Assembly: GCF_009914755.1 (NCBI RefSeq)
Contig: NC_060926.1
Origin: the human T2T-CHM13v2.0 reference genome, Homo sapiens
Direction: 5' to 3' (one strand)
DNA length: 64,000 nucleotides
The notes beneath the pieces were generated by a model. That model worked only from the letters and a program-made list of their open reading frames with translations, was not told the DNA's origin and searched no databases. The position numbers and the translations under genes were made by a program. Shown here in pieces: positions 13,055-33,090 of this stretch; positions within the stretch are counted from its first letter, which is position 1, and each line of letters starts with the position of its first letter.

Positions 13055-15010
13055 GAGGAGTTCTATTTTTGGTTAGGACATGGCAAGCTGCAAGAGACTA
13101 TTGCTTTTACCCTAACAGCCAAAACCAAGCCATATCAATTATAAAATTATAGTATTCTGAACCTACTGCTGATCTGAGGATGCAAAGAGAACTAAATTCC
13201 AGAAAGTGATTAGTATTTTATAAGAGAACTATAGCTGTTCTCAAACCTGATAGGCAGGCAATAAATCAATCCATCATTTATGTGGATAAGGAGAAATCCA
13301 TTAACATTTTAAGAAACTATGACAAGTGTATGTGAGTTAGCAAGGCATGTTAGAATCCCAAGGAACCTTGGCCACAGGGCAAGTTCACAGACACATGTCA
13401 AGCTTTTGTTTGTTTTTACAATTCTCTGTCATTAAGTACTCAGGAACTCAAAGGCTAGGGGCAAGACAGAAGAGCTAAGAGAAATCTCCCCCTCCTCCCC
13501 CATACCTCTGAGTGAAAAGATATCTCCCTAGGTGCAGTTTGGAAGTCTGGCAGCAGATTGGTAGGTAAAGCACGAAGAGGAATCTTACGTATTCACCTCT
13601 GCAGAAAGGAAATTTCTGATACTGTGTTCAAAATATTTGAAGTGAGTAGTAAGTTATATTAAACTAAAGCTGCAGTCAAGCCCAGATAAACTTGGCTACA
13701 ATGAGATTTACACAGACCCCAAATCTATCAATTTATACATGAAGGGGTATGATAATTTCTAGGAAAAGATATAATTTACTTTACACTTCACTGTTATGAT
13801 ATGCAAAATGTTTGCTATAAAATAAAAACATTATAAAGCAAAAAATAACCAATTAAAATATGACCCATGATGAAGAAAAGACACAGCAAAATAGGCTGAA
13901 ATATGGCCTAGATGTCACAAATCACACTTTAAAATAATTATAATAAAAACTATAAAAGATCTAATAAGAAAGGTATACCACAAGTATGAACAGCTGGGGA
14001 ATTTGAGCAGATGCATGGAAATTTATATTTGAGCATATGCATGGAAACTATGAAAAAAGAATTAAATTGAAATGTTAGATGTGAAAACAATATATTAAAA
14101 AATGAAGGATTCAATTGGCTAACAGCAAACTGGATTCACCAGAGGAAAAAAATCAGTGAAACTGAAACCAGGTCATTAGAAAGTATACCAATTGAAACAC
14201 AAAGAAAAAGATAAGAAGAAAGAGGAGGAGAAAAGAGAAGGAGAAGAAGGAGAAAAGAAGGCAGAGGGGAGGAGAGAACAAAGGGGAGGGGAGGAAAAAG
14301 AAAGTGAGAAAGAGAGAAGTATAAAAATGAGGAGGAGAATGAGAACAAAGACGGAAAGAAAGAAACTGAAGGAGGAGGGGAAGAGGAAGAAGAGTGTTCA
14401 AGATTTATGGTACAATATTAAATGATCTCAGATTACTGTAGTAATTACAGTCCCAGAGGAGGGAAGAGAGAGATTAAACAGAAAAATATTTGGAAACATA
14501 ATGTCTGAGATCTTTCCAAAACTTATAAAAAATAATTCAACACCCAATAAGCTCCATGAACCCTAAGCAGAATAAACACAAAGCAAACCAAACCTGGACA
14601 CATTGTAGTTAAACTCCTGAAAACTGAAGATTGCAAAAATGAATCTTAAAAGAAACCAGGAAAATATATATATATATACACTACATAGAGAAACAATAAT
14701 ATAATGAATGACTGACTTATCACCAGAAACAATGGAAAGAAAATGACAATGGAATAACACCGATAGGATGCCAAAGAAAAATGATAGTAAACCTAGAATT
14801 CTATATCCAGTAAAAATATTAAATTAAAATGAAGCGAAGATGTTTTCAAACAGATAGAAACAGATAATTCATTTCCAGCAGATATTTACTACAAATGATA
14901 AAATAAACTCTTTAATCTAAAAGAAAATGATACCAGAACTCAGAATGTACAAGAAAAGAAGAGCATAAAGAAGAATAAAGCTGGGTAAAAATAAACTAGT
15001 AACTTTTGCC
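13055..15010 (+). mobile_element. Ancient L1M 5'UTR/ORF1 remnant, interrupted by later insertions
   Basis: A-rich ORF1-like remnants such as aaaatcagtgaaactgaa and acctagaattctatatccagtaaaaatat. Confidence 0.7.
14200..14395. repeat. GA-rich low-complexity (polypurine) tract
   Basis: Almost pure A/G run agaagaaagaggaggagaaaagagaagg... Confidence 0.85.
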
Positions 15011-15014
15011 ATTA

Positions 15015-15800
15015 TTATATATATATGTATGTGTATATATGTATATGATAATAACTATATATGTATGTGTATATATACACATACTTATATGTGTATATAT
15101 ACATATATGTGTATATATACACATACTTATATGTGTATATATACTTATATGTGTATATATACACATACTTATATGTGTATATATACTTATATGTGTATAT
15201 ATACACATACTTATATGTGTATATATACACATATATGTGTATATACACATACTTATATGTGTATATATACATATATGTGTATATATACACATACTTATGT
15301 GTATATATACATATATGTGTATATATACACATACTTATATGTGTATATATACACATATATGTATATATACACATATAAGTATGTGTATATATACACATAT
15401 ATGTATATATATACACATACTTATATGTGTATATATACACATACTTATATGTGTATATATACACATACTTATATGTGTATATATACACATATGTGTATAT
15501 ATACACATACTTATATGTGTATATATACACATAAGTGTATATATACACATATAAGTATGTGTATATATACATATACTTATATGTGTATATATACACATAT
15601 ATGTATATACATATACTTATGTATGTATACATGTACATATGCATATATGTATATGCACATGTGTATATGTATACATGTGCATATGTGTATATGTACGTGT
15701 GTATATGTATGCATATACATATGTGTATATGTACATGTGTATATGTACATGTATACATATACATAGATGTGTATACATACACATATGTGTATATATATAT
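15015..15800. repeat. TA/TG/CA-rich minisatellite, about 24-bp palindromic unit
   Basis: Repeated tatatgtgtatatatacacatact, degenerating to mixed (RY)n at the right end. Confidence 0.95.
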
Positions 15801-15825
15801 AATTTTTAATTTAAAATACTATTGA

Positions 15826-22440
<6,615 letters not shown>

Positions 22441-22593
22441 CGGACCTCCTGTAATGCCAGCACTTTGAGAGGGCAAGCCAGGAGGATTGCCTGAGCCCAG
22501 GACTTGGAGACAGCCTGAGAAACATGGCAAGGTCTCGTCTCTACAAAAATTAAAAAAGAAAAAAAAATTAGCCAGGCATAAAAATAAATAAAT
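22441..22593 (+). mobile_element. Diverged AluJ/FLAM-like fragment plus A-rich tail, inside the L1 TSD (probable 3' transduction)
   Basis: cctgtaatgccagcactttg...ggaggattgcctgagcccagg...ttagccaggcat followed by aaaaataaataaat. Confidence 0.8.
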
Positions 22594-22773
22594 AAAATAC
22601 TATTGATTCTTTTAGTCACAGAAAATATCTGTGTATTAGAGGTATATTATATATATATACCAAAGAAAAATATAAAACAAAAATGATAGGAGAAGGAAAT
22701 TTAAATAATTCTTTGTTAAAGTTGTTATAGTGTCCATTTTATTTGCAAGTAAACTGTGAAAACATAAAGATCC

Positions 22774-23117
22774 TGTATTAATCTGTTTTCACTCCACTGA
22801 TAAAGACATAACCAAGACTGGGTAATTTATACAGAAAAAAGGGTTTAATGGACTTACAGTACCACATGGCTGAGGAGGCCTTTCAATCATGGTGGAAGGT
22901 GAAAAGCACGTCTCACATGGTGGCAAACAAGAGAATAGAGCTTGTGTAGGGAAACTTCTGTTTTTAAAACCATCAGATCTCATGAGACTTATTCACTATC
23001 ATGAGAACATCATGGGAAAGAGCTGCCCAATGATTCAATTACCTCCCACCGGGTCCCTCCCTCAACACATGGGAATTCAAGAGGAGATTTGAGTAAGGAC
23101 ACAGCCAAACCCTATCA
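22774..23117 (-). mobile_element. THE1A-like solo LTR (MaLR)
   Basis: tgtattaatctgttttcac...gataaagacata...gacacagccaaaccctatca; about 345 bp, TG...CA ends. Confidence 0.9.
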
Positions 23118-23353
23118 GAAACATATTGTAACAACTTGAATAACTATAAGAAAACAACTCAAAAAGTTACACATAAAATATATGATCTATTTTAAATAAT
23201 ACAAGAAAGGAGAACAGAGGGATAAAGACAAATGAGATGAATAAGTACAAATAAAATTTAAAGACCAAGATGGTAGATTAAACACAACCATATCAATAAA
23301 TATATTAAACGGAACAGGACTAAACACTCTATCTAGTTAAAAGAAAAAGACTT

Positions 23354-23703
<350 letters not shown>

Positions 23704-23974
23704 TCAGAAAACAGACTTTAACTATAAAAGTAAGGCAAGATAAAATTAAAAGATAAAAAAAGTTATAATGAACAAACACTAAGCATAAGAAATCTGGTAT
23801 GCTATATAAACATAAGAGAAAGTGGATTTAAAGCAAGCAGTATTATGGAGGTTAAAGTGTTATTTAATAACAATAAAATGATCAATTAATCAAGTAGACA
23901 TAGTAATCCTAAATGGACAAGCACCCAACACAGTGCTTCAAAATACACAAGGCAAAAACTGATGAGAGTAAACA

Positions 23975-26215
23975 ATAACTCTTGCTTCAGACCAAGAAGA
24001 AATAATAAAGACTAGGTTTACCCTCCCATGTAAGATAACATTTTTAACAAAATATGTAAAGCAATGATTTAAAAAACTGTAAAAATGCATTCAAGTTTCA
24101 CGATCTCTGAAAGACAGGAAACACATGAGTTGAGTTCCAAAATTACCCCAAGCTTACTGCATCGGGTTGCAGCATAGGGAGGAGAAACACAAGCGGGTCC
24201 TGGTGGAGGCCAGTAGGCTTTCTGAGTTACAGAGAAAGAGCTGAGAATTCAGGGAGACGAGCACAAACTATAAGTCCTCTGGACAGAGGACTGGAAAAGA
24301 AGAGACTTGCCCAGAGAAAGATCCCGGGGGAAGTGGGAGTCCTCAAAGGTCTCCCACAAATATGCAGCTGACTACTGATAAGCACATGTTTATAGGGGAA
24401 CTACCCAAGCTGGAAACAGAATCACCCAAAAGGATGAGAGAGAACAATTATTCACATTCACAGAGGGCTGGCAATAGAGCCCTTTCGCACCACATTGGAA
24501 AACCTCATGATTTATGGGGCATTGGAGAGAGAGTGTGAAAGCTCTTGCCTCGGTAATGGGGAATCATTAGGCCTTGACTGAGCACTGCTCCAGTTTCCCC
24601 TAAAGTAATCTTAAAAACAAGACCAAAAAGTACCAAATTCTTTCTAAGTAACTTAACTGCATCCCAGAAGAAAGCTCTAGAATATTCATAGGAATACAAA
24701 AGTAACCAGCACCCACAAAGTGAAATCACAATGTCTGATATCTGATTAATAATTACCAGACATTCAAAGAAGGATAAAAGTATGACCCATCATAAGGAAA
24801 TAAATAAGCATTCACAACCAACAAAGAGCTGACACAGATATTAGAATTAGTAGAAAAAGACATTAAGACATTTATTATAAACGTGTTTCATGTATTGAAA
24901 AGTAGAGGCATAAAAGATATAAAAGAAGACTCCAAATCAAACTATTAGAAAAGAGACTACAATGTATGAGTTTAAAATACACTAAATGAAATTAACAGCA
25001 AATAAGCAATTGTAGACAAAAAGATTAGTGAACTTGAAGTCAGAGCAATAGAAAGTAACCAAAATAAAGCACATTAAAAAAAGAAGTTAAAAAAAAATGA
25101 ACAGAACGTTATAGAGCTGTGGGAAAACAAAGTTAAAGTTTTATGTATATGCCTCATACATATGACCTTGGATTCAGCAAAGATGTTTTAGACACAAAAG
25201 CAAAAGCAAAATGTGTAAAAGCACAAATTGACAAATTGGAATTCAACACCAAACTTCTGCACTTCAGAAAACATTCTTGAAGAAAATAAAAAGGCAGATT
25301 ACATACTAGGAAAATAAACTTGCAAATCATATATCTGAAAAAGGACTTGTATCAAGAGAACTCTCAAAATTCAGTAAGAAAATGAGCAACCCAATTATAA
25401 AAACAGGTAGAAGATTTGAACAAATATTTCACAAATAAGTATGTGAAAACATGTTCAACATCATTATTCTTTAAGGAAATCCAAAGTTAAAACCATAATA
25501 AGCTACCACCGCTCACTTATTGGAATGACTAAAATTTAAAAACTGACCATACCAAGTGTTGACAAGGATGTGGAGGAACTGGGACACTCCTACACTGCTG
25601 GTCGGGATGTAATAATGGTACATTGACTTTGGACAACAATTTGGCAGTTCCTTGAAAGGTTAAATATTCAATTAAAACATGATTCAGCCATTAGATTCCT
25701 AGGTATTTACCCAGGAGAAATTAAGGCCTATGTGTATGCAAAGATTTGTACATGAATATTCATAGCTGTTTAATTTATAATAGTTCAAATTTGAAAATAA
25801 CCAAAATGTCATCAACAGGTGAATGGATAAACAAGCTGCAATATTTTTATACAATGGAATATTATTCAGTAATAAAAAGAAATGAATTATTAATACAAGC
25901 AACAGCATGGAAAAATTTCAAAATAATTATGCATAGATAACTTTTGTGCCAACCTAATACATACCTATGGTCCCCTTTATTTGACTTCCAAGAACAGATA
26001 AAATTACTATCTAGTCAGGAAGTAGTTGCCATTTGGACAAGAAAGGTGGGAATGGACAAGAAAGGAGCACAACTGACCTTTCTGAACTAATGGAATCTTG
26101 GTTTTGGTAGTGGTTATTTACATGAATACAAATGTCAAACTTCCTCGACCTGAACACTGAAGATCCATGCATTGTATTATATGTAAGTAATGCCTGAGTA
26201 TTTTTAAAGATGAAT
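23975..26215 (+). mobile_element. Ancient L1M fragments (5' region/ORF1, then ORF2 end and 3'UTR)
   Basis: aagattagtgaacttgaag (ORF1); ttcctaggtatttacccaggagaa, aggtgaatggataaac (ORF2 end). Confidence 0.7.
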
Positions 26216-27559
26216 CCCAAAAAAGTAAATTACTCTTTATACCACCCTTCATGTAATTTTCTTAGTTTTTACACATTGCTATTGAAGATTGAGCATATTT
26301 TCCATATTCATAAAAACAAGCTCCAGACATAATTAAGATGTATCAGATACTACAGAGAAAAAATAGAAACTTTTCTTTCCCAAAAAACTCTCAAATGCAA
26401 TTCCAGGAAAAGCAGAGAAAAAAACCCAAAGTGATTTTCTAGACCAAAAACCATCTCCAAGCTTAGTTAAACCCCATGTTTTCTTCATGCTCAGATAATT
26501 TACCTAATTTCAGTTCATCTAAGAATATTATGCATTAATATTTATTTGCATGGTCATTTGAAAATCAATGTTCAAAACCTGTATTCTCAGGTTTTATCAA
26601 TAGTCCCAGCCCTGCCAATTTAAATCACCTTCTTAAGATCGTTTCTGTGTGTTTGTTGTTGTTGTTGTTATAAAACAAGCCTGAAAGTAAAGGCAAGAGT
26701 TTTAAATTATGAAAATGAAAGTCCGGTTTTACTTACCAACTCGGGGCTATCATCTAACACAACTTAGAATCTTCAGAGAACCATGCCCTCCAGCAGAGGA
26801 GAGCACACTCCTAGCCAGAAGCCACCTCACTTCAGGCTGCTGAACCCACACAAGATACACCTGACCTCACTTCTCTTTCCCACCATCAGAGCTACACTGC
26901 CAATGAGTAAAACCTGGACATTTATCAATTCATTTCAACGAATGATAGTGTGGGCTAAAAGATATACAATTAGGAGGGACAAAAAGAGGAAAGGAAGGAT
27001 TTAAAGAAAAAAGAAAGCAAGCACTGGGGACAGGTGAGCAGACCCAATACCTATGCACTGCTGTTATTCAAGTTTCTAAAAGGTAGAAAACCCACCTGCC
27101 ACACAGGATTCTTCACTGGACTTTTTAGATTAAAGAGCACATGGCAAAAACAGTGGCACTTGCTTGTGTTTCTTCACTGGAAGGATTTTGTGATATTCTT
27201 TGACACTTGAGGACCCTACTTTAATGAATTTAAAAGTTAGAAGAACTAATTTCCATTTGGACGCAAGTGTGTGCACGTGTGGTGATTCTCTGCATTTTCT
27301 TTCCTGCACTGGTTCCTTCAAGGGAGAGTAAAGCCACACAATTTTAAGCAGGCCAAAGCATTCTTCTTTTATGGCTGAAATAATTAAAACATGTGTACAG
27401 CCTACATATCTGTGGGCTTGGGATTGAAGAAGTTTGTCCCTTATGTCTCAGTGAAGCCTACAGGCCATTCTCTTTCCCAGAAACCATGATGTGGACAGCA
27501 CTTTCTAGGGTATGCAGGATATAACCTGTATAATCTTCCACGGAGACCAGGAGCTCCTT

Positions 27560-30075
27560 CTTCCTTCATTAAAGCTTCCAAATTTGAATCTCAGGTTGTC
27601 AGACTATCCCACCTGTCTCCCCTCCCTGTTGCAGCCATCTCTCATTTCTCAATGGCTCTAACTCCTGGGCCAACAATTATTCCTTCTTTGGTGTTTCCTA
27701 TGTCCAAATAGATGATTCTTCCAATATTCTGGTTTCTTAGATCCTTGAACCCATTTATCCTAATGACCAAGTTCTTCAACCTATCTCAGCCATTTCCTCA
27801 CCATGCTCATACAACAGACCAGTGGTTCTCAAAGTTCCATTTTGCTATCACTGAAGAAATTACTAAAAATTAAAACTCTCATCCTCACCTCAGCCCTGCT
27901 GAACCAGGAAATCTGGGATATGGCCCAGCAATCTCTGTTAAATAAGCCTTCTATGTGATTATGGTACCCAAGTTTGACCTTGTTATTACCAAAAAATGCA
28001 ACACCTCTATAATCTCAATTACAAGACTTCCACACTTTGACCTCAATTTGATTATAGTACCCTAACTCTAACAACCCTTACCCTACCCATAAATATGCCT
28101 TGAACTCACTTTCTCCTTAATATTACTCAACTTTATATTATTTTCATTTTACTCATTTGGCAAAAATTCAACCCTTCCTTGTTAAGACAAAACTTCATCC
28201 CATTTCTGGCCTATATGCAGTCCTTACAGTGACCTGCAATGCCCTACATGGTCTGACCTGCTTTCCATTGTCACCAACTGATATGAAAAAAGCTAACTAT
28301 GTATGACTAAAGAAGGTCTAGTATCACTTTAAATGTATGGACATGCCCTCATGGGCCCTTCCTGCTGCCAGGCAATCATCCTATGTTATTGAGAAATAAC
28401 AACTATCAGTTCAGAACTTCTACCCTCACTTCCACCCACCTACCTGCACATGCACTCTTACATTCTGCCTTCCCACCTGTTCCTCCGGATTGTGTGTACT
28501 TCTATCTAGGTCAACCTCTTCTACTTCTATGCCAGATTTCATGCCCTCTTACCTACTCAGGAATGTTGTCCTAGCACCTATCCACTCTCTTCTGCTTCCT
28601 CATTCTGCTCACACTCTGCCAGATCCTTCTGACTACATAAAGCATGCTGTTATTCCTCCCATCCTAAAAAAAATCTTCCCCTTCCAGTTACTGCCCTGTT
28701 TCTACTATTTATAGCACACTTCCTCCAAAGAGTTATTATCTGTGTTTGTCTTTTATAATTTGTCCTCTCTCATTTTCTCTTAAACCCACTCATTAGACTT
28801 TCACTCCCACTGCTCCATCAAAATGTTCCTGAAAAGGTCATCACTGACACTCCTGCTGGTTATCCAAGGTGCGATCTTCAGTGTTGCACTTGCTTGGCCT
28901 GTCTAACATACTTGACACAACTCTTTCTTCCCTGCCAGCACTTCCTGCCCTTAGCTCTCCCAGTATTCCTCCCACTTCACTGTGACCCTTCCTTCTCTGT
29001 CTCCATTCTCGTCTCCATAGCAACTGTACACTGGAATTCCCCAGTTCTCAGTCTTTGTTTCCATTTTATTTCATTCTTTATTCACTTCTTTGGTGATTTC
29101 ATTAGAGGCTTTAAGTACCCTTTATCCTGATGACATCAGTATTTATAGTTGTGGCCCCAGCTGCTTCACAAACTCCCCACAGGTATAGTCAACCACATAC
29201 TCAACATCTCCACTAACAAACATTGAAAACTCAGTAAGACCAAAATTGAATTACTCTTCTTCCTCAACAAATGTGCTCTACAGCTTCTCGCCTCTGTTCG
29301 GAGTAGCCTTACACTTCTAGCTGCTAAGGTTAAAAACTTTCAAATCATTCTTGACCTGTTTTTTATCTCTCAAATCTCCCATCTAAATCCATCAGCAATC
29401 CTGTTGACTCAAATCTGATACCACAAAGCCCAAACCATATCGTCTCTCTCCTGGATTATTGAGACAGCTTCCCAACATTATCACTTCCCTTTTAGTCTAT
29501 TATTAACTGGCCAGAGTAATCCTCTAAAAACATACATCAGATTATGGCATTCCTTTGCTCAGAAGTCTCAGTGCCTTCCCACCTTATCTAGTCAAAATTC
29601 CAAAGTCTTTGAAGTGACCTGCAATTCCCTAAATGATCTGACGTGCTTCCCATTATGTCACCAACTAATTGCCTACAATTATCGCCTTCGATCATCCTGC
29701 CCCAGCCGTGTTTGTCTCCTTGCCGTTCACAGAACATGCCAGGCATTTCCTTACCTCAGGGCCTTTGCACTTATTGGAAGGAATTAATTGCTTCCTCATC
29801 TCCTTTAAGTTTCTGTCAAAATGTCCTCTTCTCTATGAGGCTTACCTTCCCATCCCTTTTCTAGCAGTGCTTACCCCTCCTGTGCTTTATTTCTCTTCAT
29901 AATCCCTGTTTCCTTCTAACAGGCTATGTAATTTACAAGGTTATTAGTTCCCTAAAGGCAGAATGGTCTACTTTATTTGTTCGTTTGTTTTATTGTTGAA
30001 TACCAATTATGTAGAATAGAGTGCTGCAATAGACTGGTCATCAGTAAGTGGTTTTTGAATGAATGGATGAATAAA
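27560..30075 (+). mobile_element. Long L2 element (L2a-like)
   Basis: C/T-rich L2 body ending tcagtaagtggtttttgaatgaatggatgaataaatga. Confidence 0.75.
27820..27975 (+). mobile_element. MER5A inserted in L2
   Basis: cagtggttctcaaagt...ggcccagcaatctctgttaaataagcc. Confidence 0.75.
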
Positions 30076-30651
30076 TGAGTCAGGTCTCTAAAGGTGAACA
30101 ATAAGACAGAGACTGTGTTTGCTGTAGACCAGAATGGGTTACAAAAGCTCGGGCTGTCATGCATCAAGACTCATGCCTGCAAAAATTATACAAAATTATA
30201 CAAAACCAATAATTGTGCTTTTGCATGGGGAAAATTTTTTTAAGTGTCCTCTCACCTGAGCCAGTTTTGCAAAGAAAATAGACAAAATAGATCATTTTTA
30301 ACTGAGAAAATACAAAATGTTCTTCCTTACATAGTACTACAGAGGGTCTCAACAGGGCAAGCTAGTTTAATGATTTCTCAGAGTTTCACCATTTATCTCT
30401 AAGTCTTGGGATCTGAGATGGCTCTCCCCTACCCTCAATATTAGTATCACTGTCCTTACTCTTTATAACTGCAGGTTCCTAAATTTTATCCCCCAAATTT
30501 AACTTTTCTTTTCCATTTTGTCATCACATGACACACACAAAAATTAAACTATTTCCTAAAAATGACACAGGTATTAAGGTCATGAATCCAAAACCATATA
30601 TATAAGAAAGCAAAACTAGGACAAAAAGAAGATTTATTAGATACTGTGCAT

Positions 30652-30876
30652 AAGGTATCTTCAAACATTTCATAATGGACCAGATAGTAAATAGTTTAGG
30701 TTTTGTGGGCCATATGGTCTCTGCCTCAACTACTTAACTCTGCTACCTACCATAGAGCAAAAGCAACCATATATAATATGTAAATGAATGAGTATACTTG
30801 CATTCCAATACAGCTTTGTTTATAAAAACAGGTGCATGCCAAATCAAGCTGCTGAGCCGTTGTTTGCCTGCTCCCG
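30652..30876 (+). mobile_element. MER58A (hAT-Charlie)
   Basis: ccagatagtaaatagtttaggttttgtgggccatatggtctctg...ttccaata...aaaacaggtg. Confidence 0.85.
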
Positions 30877-31579
30877 CCGTGTGGCTTCCCCATCCATCCA
30901 ATCATTATTTCAAGGGTTGACACTGCTTCTTGAATGAATAAAGCTATCTACATATTTTGTATTCAGAGCAATTTGTGGGCAATTATAATGACATTGTTTC
31001 AGAGTTTATGAGTTCTGAGTTGTGCTCAAATCATTTAACTTGCCTTCCCAGAGAAAGTGCTGAAGAACGTTAGAGGCAGCAAATGGGAAAGCTGCAAGAA
31101 TTCTATGGAATATTCTCAAAAGGAAAATGCAATGAGTCCACTTATACAAACAGACATCCATATTTATATAAAGTGGATACTTTGAATTTGTGGAATGTTC
31201 AGAAATGTGTTTATACACCTTACTCTAATTTTCTGTGAATATAATCATTGAGACTTGGCAGTTAAAACACAAAGATCAAATTTGTAGCCATTAGAAAAGC
31301 TGTAGAAAGTTACTGTCCCAGGTAGATGGAAACAGTAAAGATGGCCTTCGTCATCAGAAGTAAAGATGAGTTAAAATAGATTTGGGGACTATGTAGTGCT
31401 TTTACACCCACTGACCTTTGCCCCTTTAATTTTCACCAGTATATGTGGTATGACAGAAAGTGGCATGACAGAAAATATAGCAGAGCCTGACATGAGAAAC
31501 ATTTTGTGAGTTCAATGCAGTGGTTTCAGGAAGTAACTTTTTATGTTGGTGGTAAGAGAATAAAAGTGAAGAAACAGAC

Positions 31580-33090
31580 TGGTAAACTTACCATGTTCCA
31601 GGCAGTGCCCCAAGTGCCATATATATATTCATTCACTTAAATGAATATATATATATATATTCATTCACTTAAATGAATATATATATATATTCATTCACTT
31701 AAATGAATATATATATATTCATTCACTTAAATGAATATATATATATATTCATTCACTTAAATGAATATATATATATATTCATTCACTTAAATGAATATAT
31801 ATATATATTCATTCACTTAAATGAATATATATATATGTTCATTCACTTAAATGAATATATATATATATGTTCATTCACTTAAATGAATATATATATATAT
31901 TCATTCACTTAAATGAACATATATATATTCATTCACTTAAATGAACATATATATATTCATTCACTTAAATGAACATATATATATTCATTCACTTAAATGA
32001 ACATATATATATTCATTCACTTAAATGAACATATATATATTCATTCACTTAAATGAACATATATATATTCATTCACTTAAATGAACATATATATATTCAT
32101 TCACTTAAATGAACATATATATATTCATTCACTTAAATGAACATATATATATTCATTCACTTAAATGAACATATATATATTCATTCACTTAAATGAACAT
32201 ATATATATTCATTCACCTAAATGAACATATATATATTCATTCACTTAAATGAACATATATTCATTCACTTAAATGAACATATATGTATTCATTCACTTAA
32301 ATGAACATATATGTATTCATTCACTTAAATGAACATATATGTATTCATTCACTTAAATGAATATATATGTATTCATTCACTTAAATGAATATATATGTAT
32401 TAAAATATATTCATTCACTTAAATGAATATATATATATTCATTCACTTAAATGAATATATATATATTCATTCACTTAAATGAATATATATATATTCATTC
32501 ACTTAAATGAACATATATATATTCATTCACTTAAATGAATACATATATATATTCATTCACTTAAATGAATACATATATATATTCATTCACTTAAATGAAT
32601 ACATATATATTCATTCACTTAAATGAATACATATGTATTCATTCACTTAAATGAATATATATATTCATTCACTTAAATGAATATATATATTCATTCACTT
32701 AAATGAATATATATATTCATTCACTTAAATGAATATATATATTCATTCACTTAAATGAATATATATATATTCATTCACTTAAATAAATATATATATATTC
32801 ATTCACTTAAATGAATATATATATATATTCATTCACTTAAATGAATATATATATATATTCATTCACTTAAATGAATATATATATATATTCATTTAATTCT
32901 TAAACAACTCTATGAGGCAAACATGAAGTCCCAAGTGTCCAATGTCCCAACTTTCCAAGTGAAACAATTGGAGAACAGATATGTTAAATAATTTCCCAAT
33001 ATATCCTGCTAGTTAGAGACAAGCTGATATTTAAACTTACAGAATATGGTTCTGTAGCTCATGCTTTTATTGACTTAACTATACCGCCTC
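31580..33090 (-). mobile_element. MIR split by a VNTR
   Basis: ttaccatgttccaggcagtg before the array and tcatttaattcttaaacaactctatgagg after it. Confidence 0.65.
31619..32893. repeat. Palindromic AT-rich minisatellite, unit ATTCATTCACTTAAATGAAT(AT)n, about 26-32 bp, roughly 40-45 copies
   Basis: Directly visible tandem array with variant blocks. Confidence 0.97.

Noticed and set aside
14136-14425. K/E/R-rich and F/L/S-rich ORFs
   Set aside because: GA-rich low-complexity tract
14996-15825. Long ORFs (up to 255 aa) rich in Y/I/C/H/T
   Set aside because: Translations of the TA/TG/CA minisatellite; stop-free only because of repeat composition
31619-32893. CRISPR-like array of palindromic ~30-bp repeats
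   Set aside because: No unique spacers, no cas genes, eukaryotic context; it is a tandem minisatellite
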